A DNA stretch of 64,000 nucleotides from Balamuthia mandrillaris. Its lineage: Eukaryota. The notes beneath the pieces are model-generated. The model was not told where the DNA came from, made no database searches, and was given only the letters and a program-made list of their open reading frames with translations. Every line of letters begins with the position of its first letter. Position 1 is the first letter of the stretch. Positions 63,150 to 64,000 of this stretch are shown here, piece after piece. The stretch covers positions 1-64,000 of the forward strand of contig JAVKOQ020000054.1 of NCBI GenBank assembly GCA_031835245.2. The letters run 5' to 3'. Made by a program: the position numbers and the translations under genes.

Positions 63150-64000
63150 ATGAGCACACCGTTGGTATGTCCCACAGACCGCAAGAAATACGCGGTGAGG
63201 AGACTGCTGACCGACCTCAAGGAGTTGCAGCAACAGAGCCACGGCTCATGGAACCAAACGCACCTCATCAGCGCTTTGCCTCTGGACAACAACATTTTCT
63301 GCTGGCACGTCAACATTCGCTCCTCACCTCCGCTCCGCAGCCACAAGGAGGAGGAGGAGGTTGTCTATCATCTTCGTATTTGCTTTCCTGAAACCTATCC
63401 GTTGGACCCTCCCAACATTTTCACCTTCACGCCCATCCCTCACCCGCAAGTGTTCGGCTCTCGCGTTTGTTTGGGCCTTTTGGAGAAGGGAGGAGACCCT
63501 TTTGCCCCTCCGGAACAGAGAGAGTACAGCGGATGGTCGTCCGGCTACTCTGTTCTCTCCATCTTGATCCAGCTGAGCTGCTTCCTGACCGACTCGGAAG
63601 GAGCCTGCCCCTCCAAGAGCGTTCGAGAGGAGGCGATGAGCTTTCGGTGCAAGACGTGTCCTCATCATCCTTCCTTCGGACGTATATGGCCGCCTTTCAA
63701 CCACAACACTGTCGTCAACGACGAGACAAGTTTGAGGAATGGAGCAGCGGGTTCGGGGTTGACGAAAAAGAAGATGACGACGATAGCGGAGAGTCTTAAA
63801 ATACAAATGTTGAAAGCCGGTTTTGTGAAGCAAGGTGCAGAGAGCCAAGCAAAGGAGACAACCAGACACTTTCACCCGAATGGTGAAATGAGGAAGAACA
63901 GAAGAAGGCGGCGAAGAGGAAAACAGCCACCCAAAGGAACGAACGAAACGGAAGAAAGTCGTACCAAAACCGAACAACCAGAAGACGGACACAGAGGAGA
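63150..64000 (+). CDS. Ubiquitin-conjugating (E2) domain protein, runs off the window end
   Basis: Manual translation: RRLLTDLKEL, WHVNI, FPETYPLDPP, HPQVFGSRVCLGLL, GWSSGYSVLSILIQL; no stop before 64000. Confidence 0.88.
   Translation, partial: MSTPLVCPTDRKKYAVRRLLTDLKELQQQSHGSWNQTHLISALPLDNNIFCWHVNIRSSPPLRSHKEEEEVVYHLRICFPETYPLDPPNIFTFTPIPHPQVFGSRVCLGLLEKGGDPFAPPEQREYSGWSSGYSVLSILIQLSCFLTDSEGACPSKSVREEAMSFRCKTCPHHPSFGRIWPPFNHNTVVNDETSLRNGAAGSGLTKKKMTTIAESLKIQMLKAGFVKQGAESQAKETTRHFHPNGEMRKNRRRRRRGKQPPKGTNETEESRTKTEQPEDGHRG

Overview
Intron-rich eukaryotic DNA, probably amoebozoan (short GT-AG introns filled with CT microsatellites, Skipper-like chromovirus; Balamuthia-like is only a guess). 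The first ~10 kb is a nest of mobile DNA: a near-intact chromodomain Ty3/Gypsy LTR element with no tRNA primer-binding site (PBS), a related solo LTR, and two decayed copies of a telobox-like Myb unit bounded by (CCCTAA)2 motifs that abut a truncated host gene. It also holds a decayed Fanzor2/TnpB C-terminus with a putative omegaRNA end on the minus strand, which the ORF track misses. The rest is gene-dense: 2OG oxygenases, F-box, FDH, ABCG, S1P phosphatase, bHLH-Zip, methyltransferase, SDR, acidic CaaX protein, sphingosine kinase, VOC protein, BTB protein, ADCK1 and an E2. Two further highlights are a ~2,100-aa coiled-coil protein combining dynein-adaptor-like motifs with a vinculin-type tail, and a family of intronless LRR/BC-box-like genes built from variable 69-bp cassettes. 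All calls are by eye; no searches were run, and spliced-gene boundaries are approximate.
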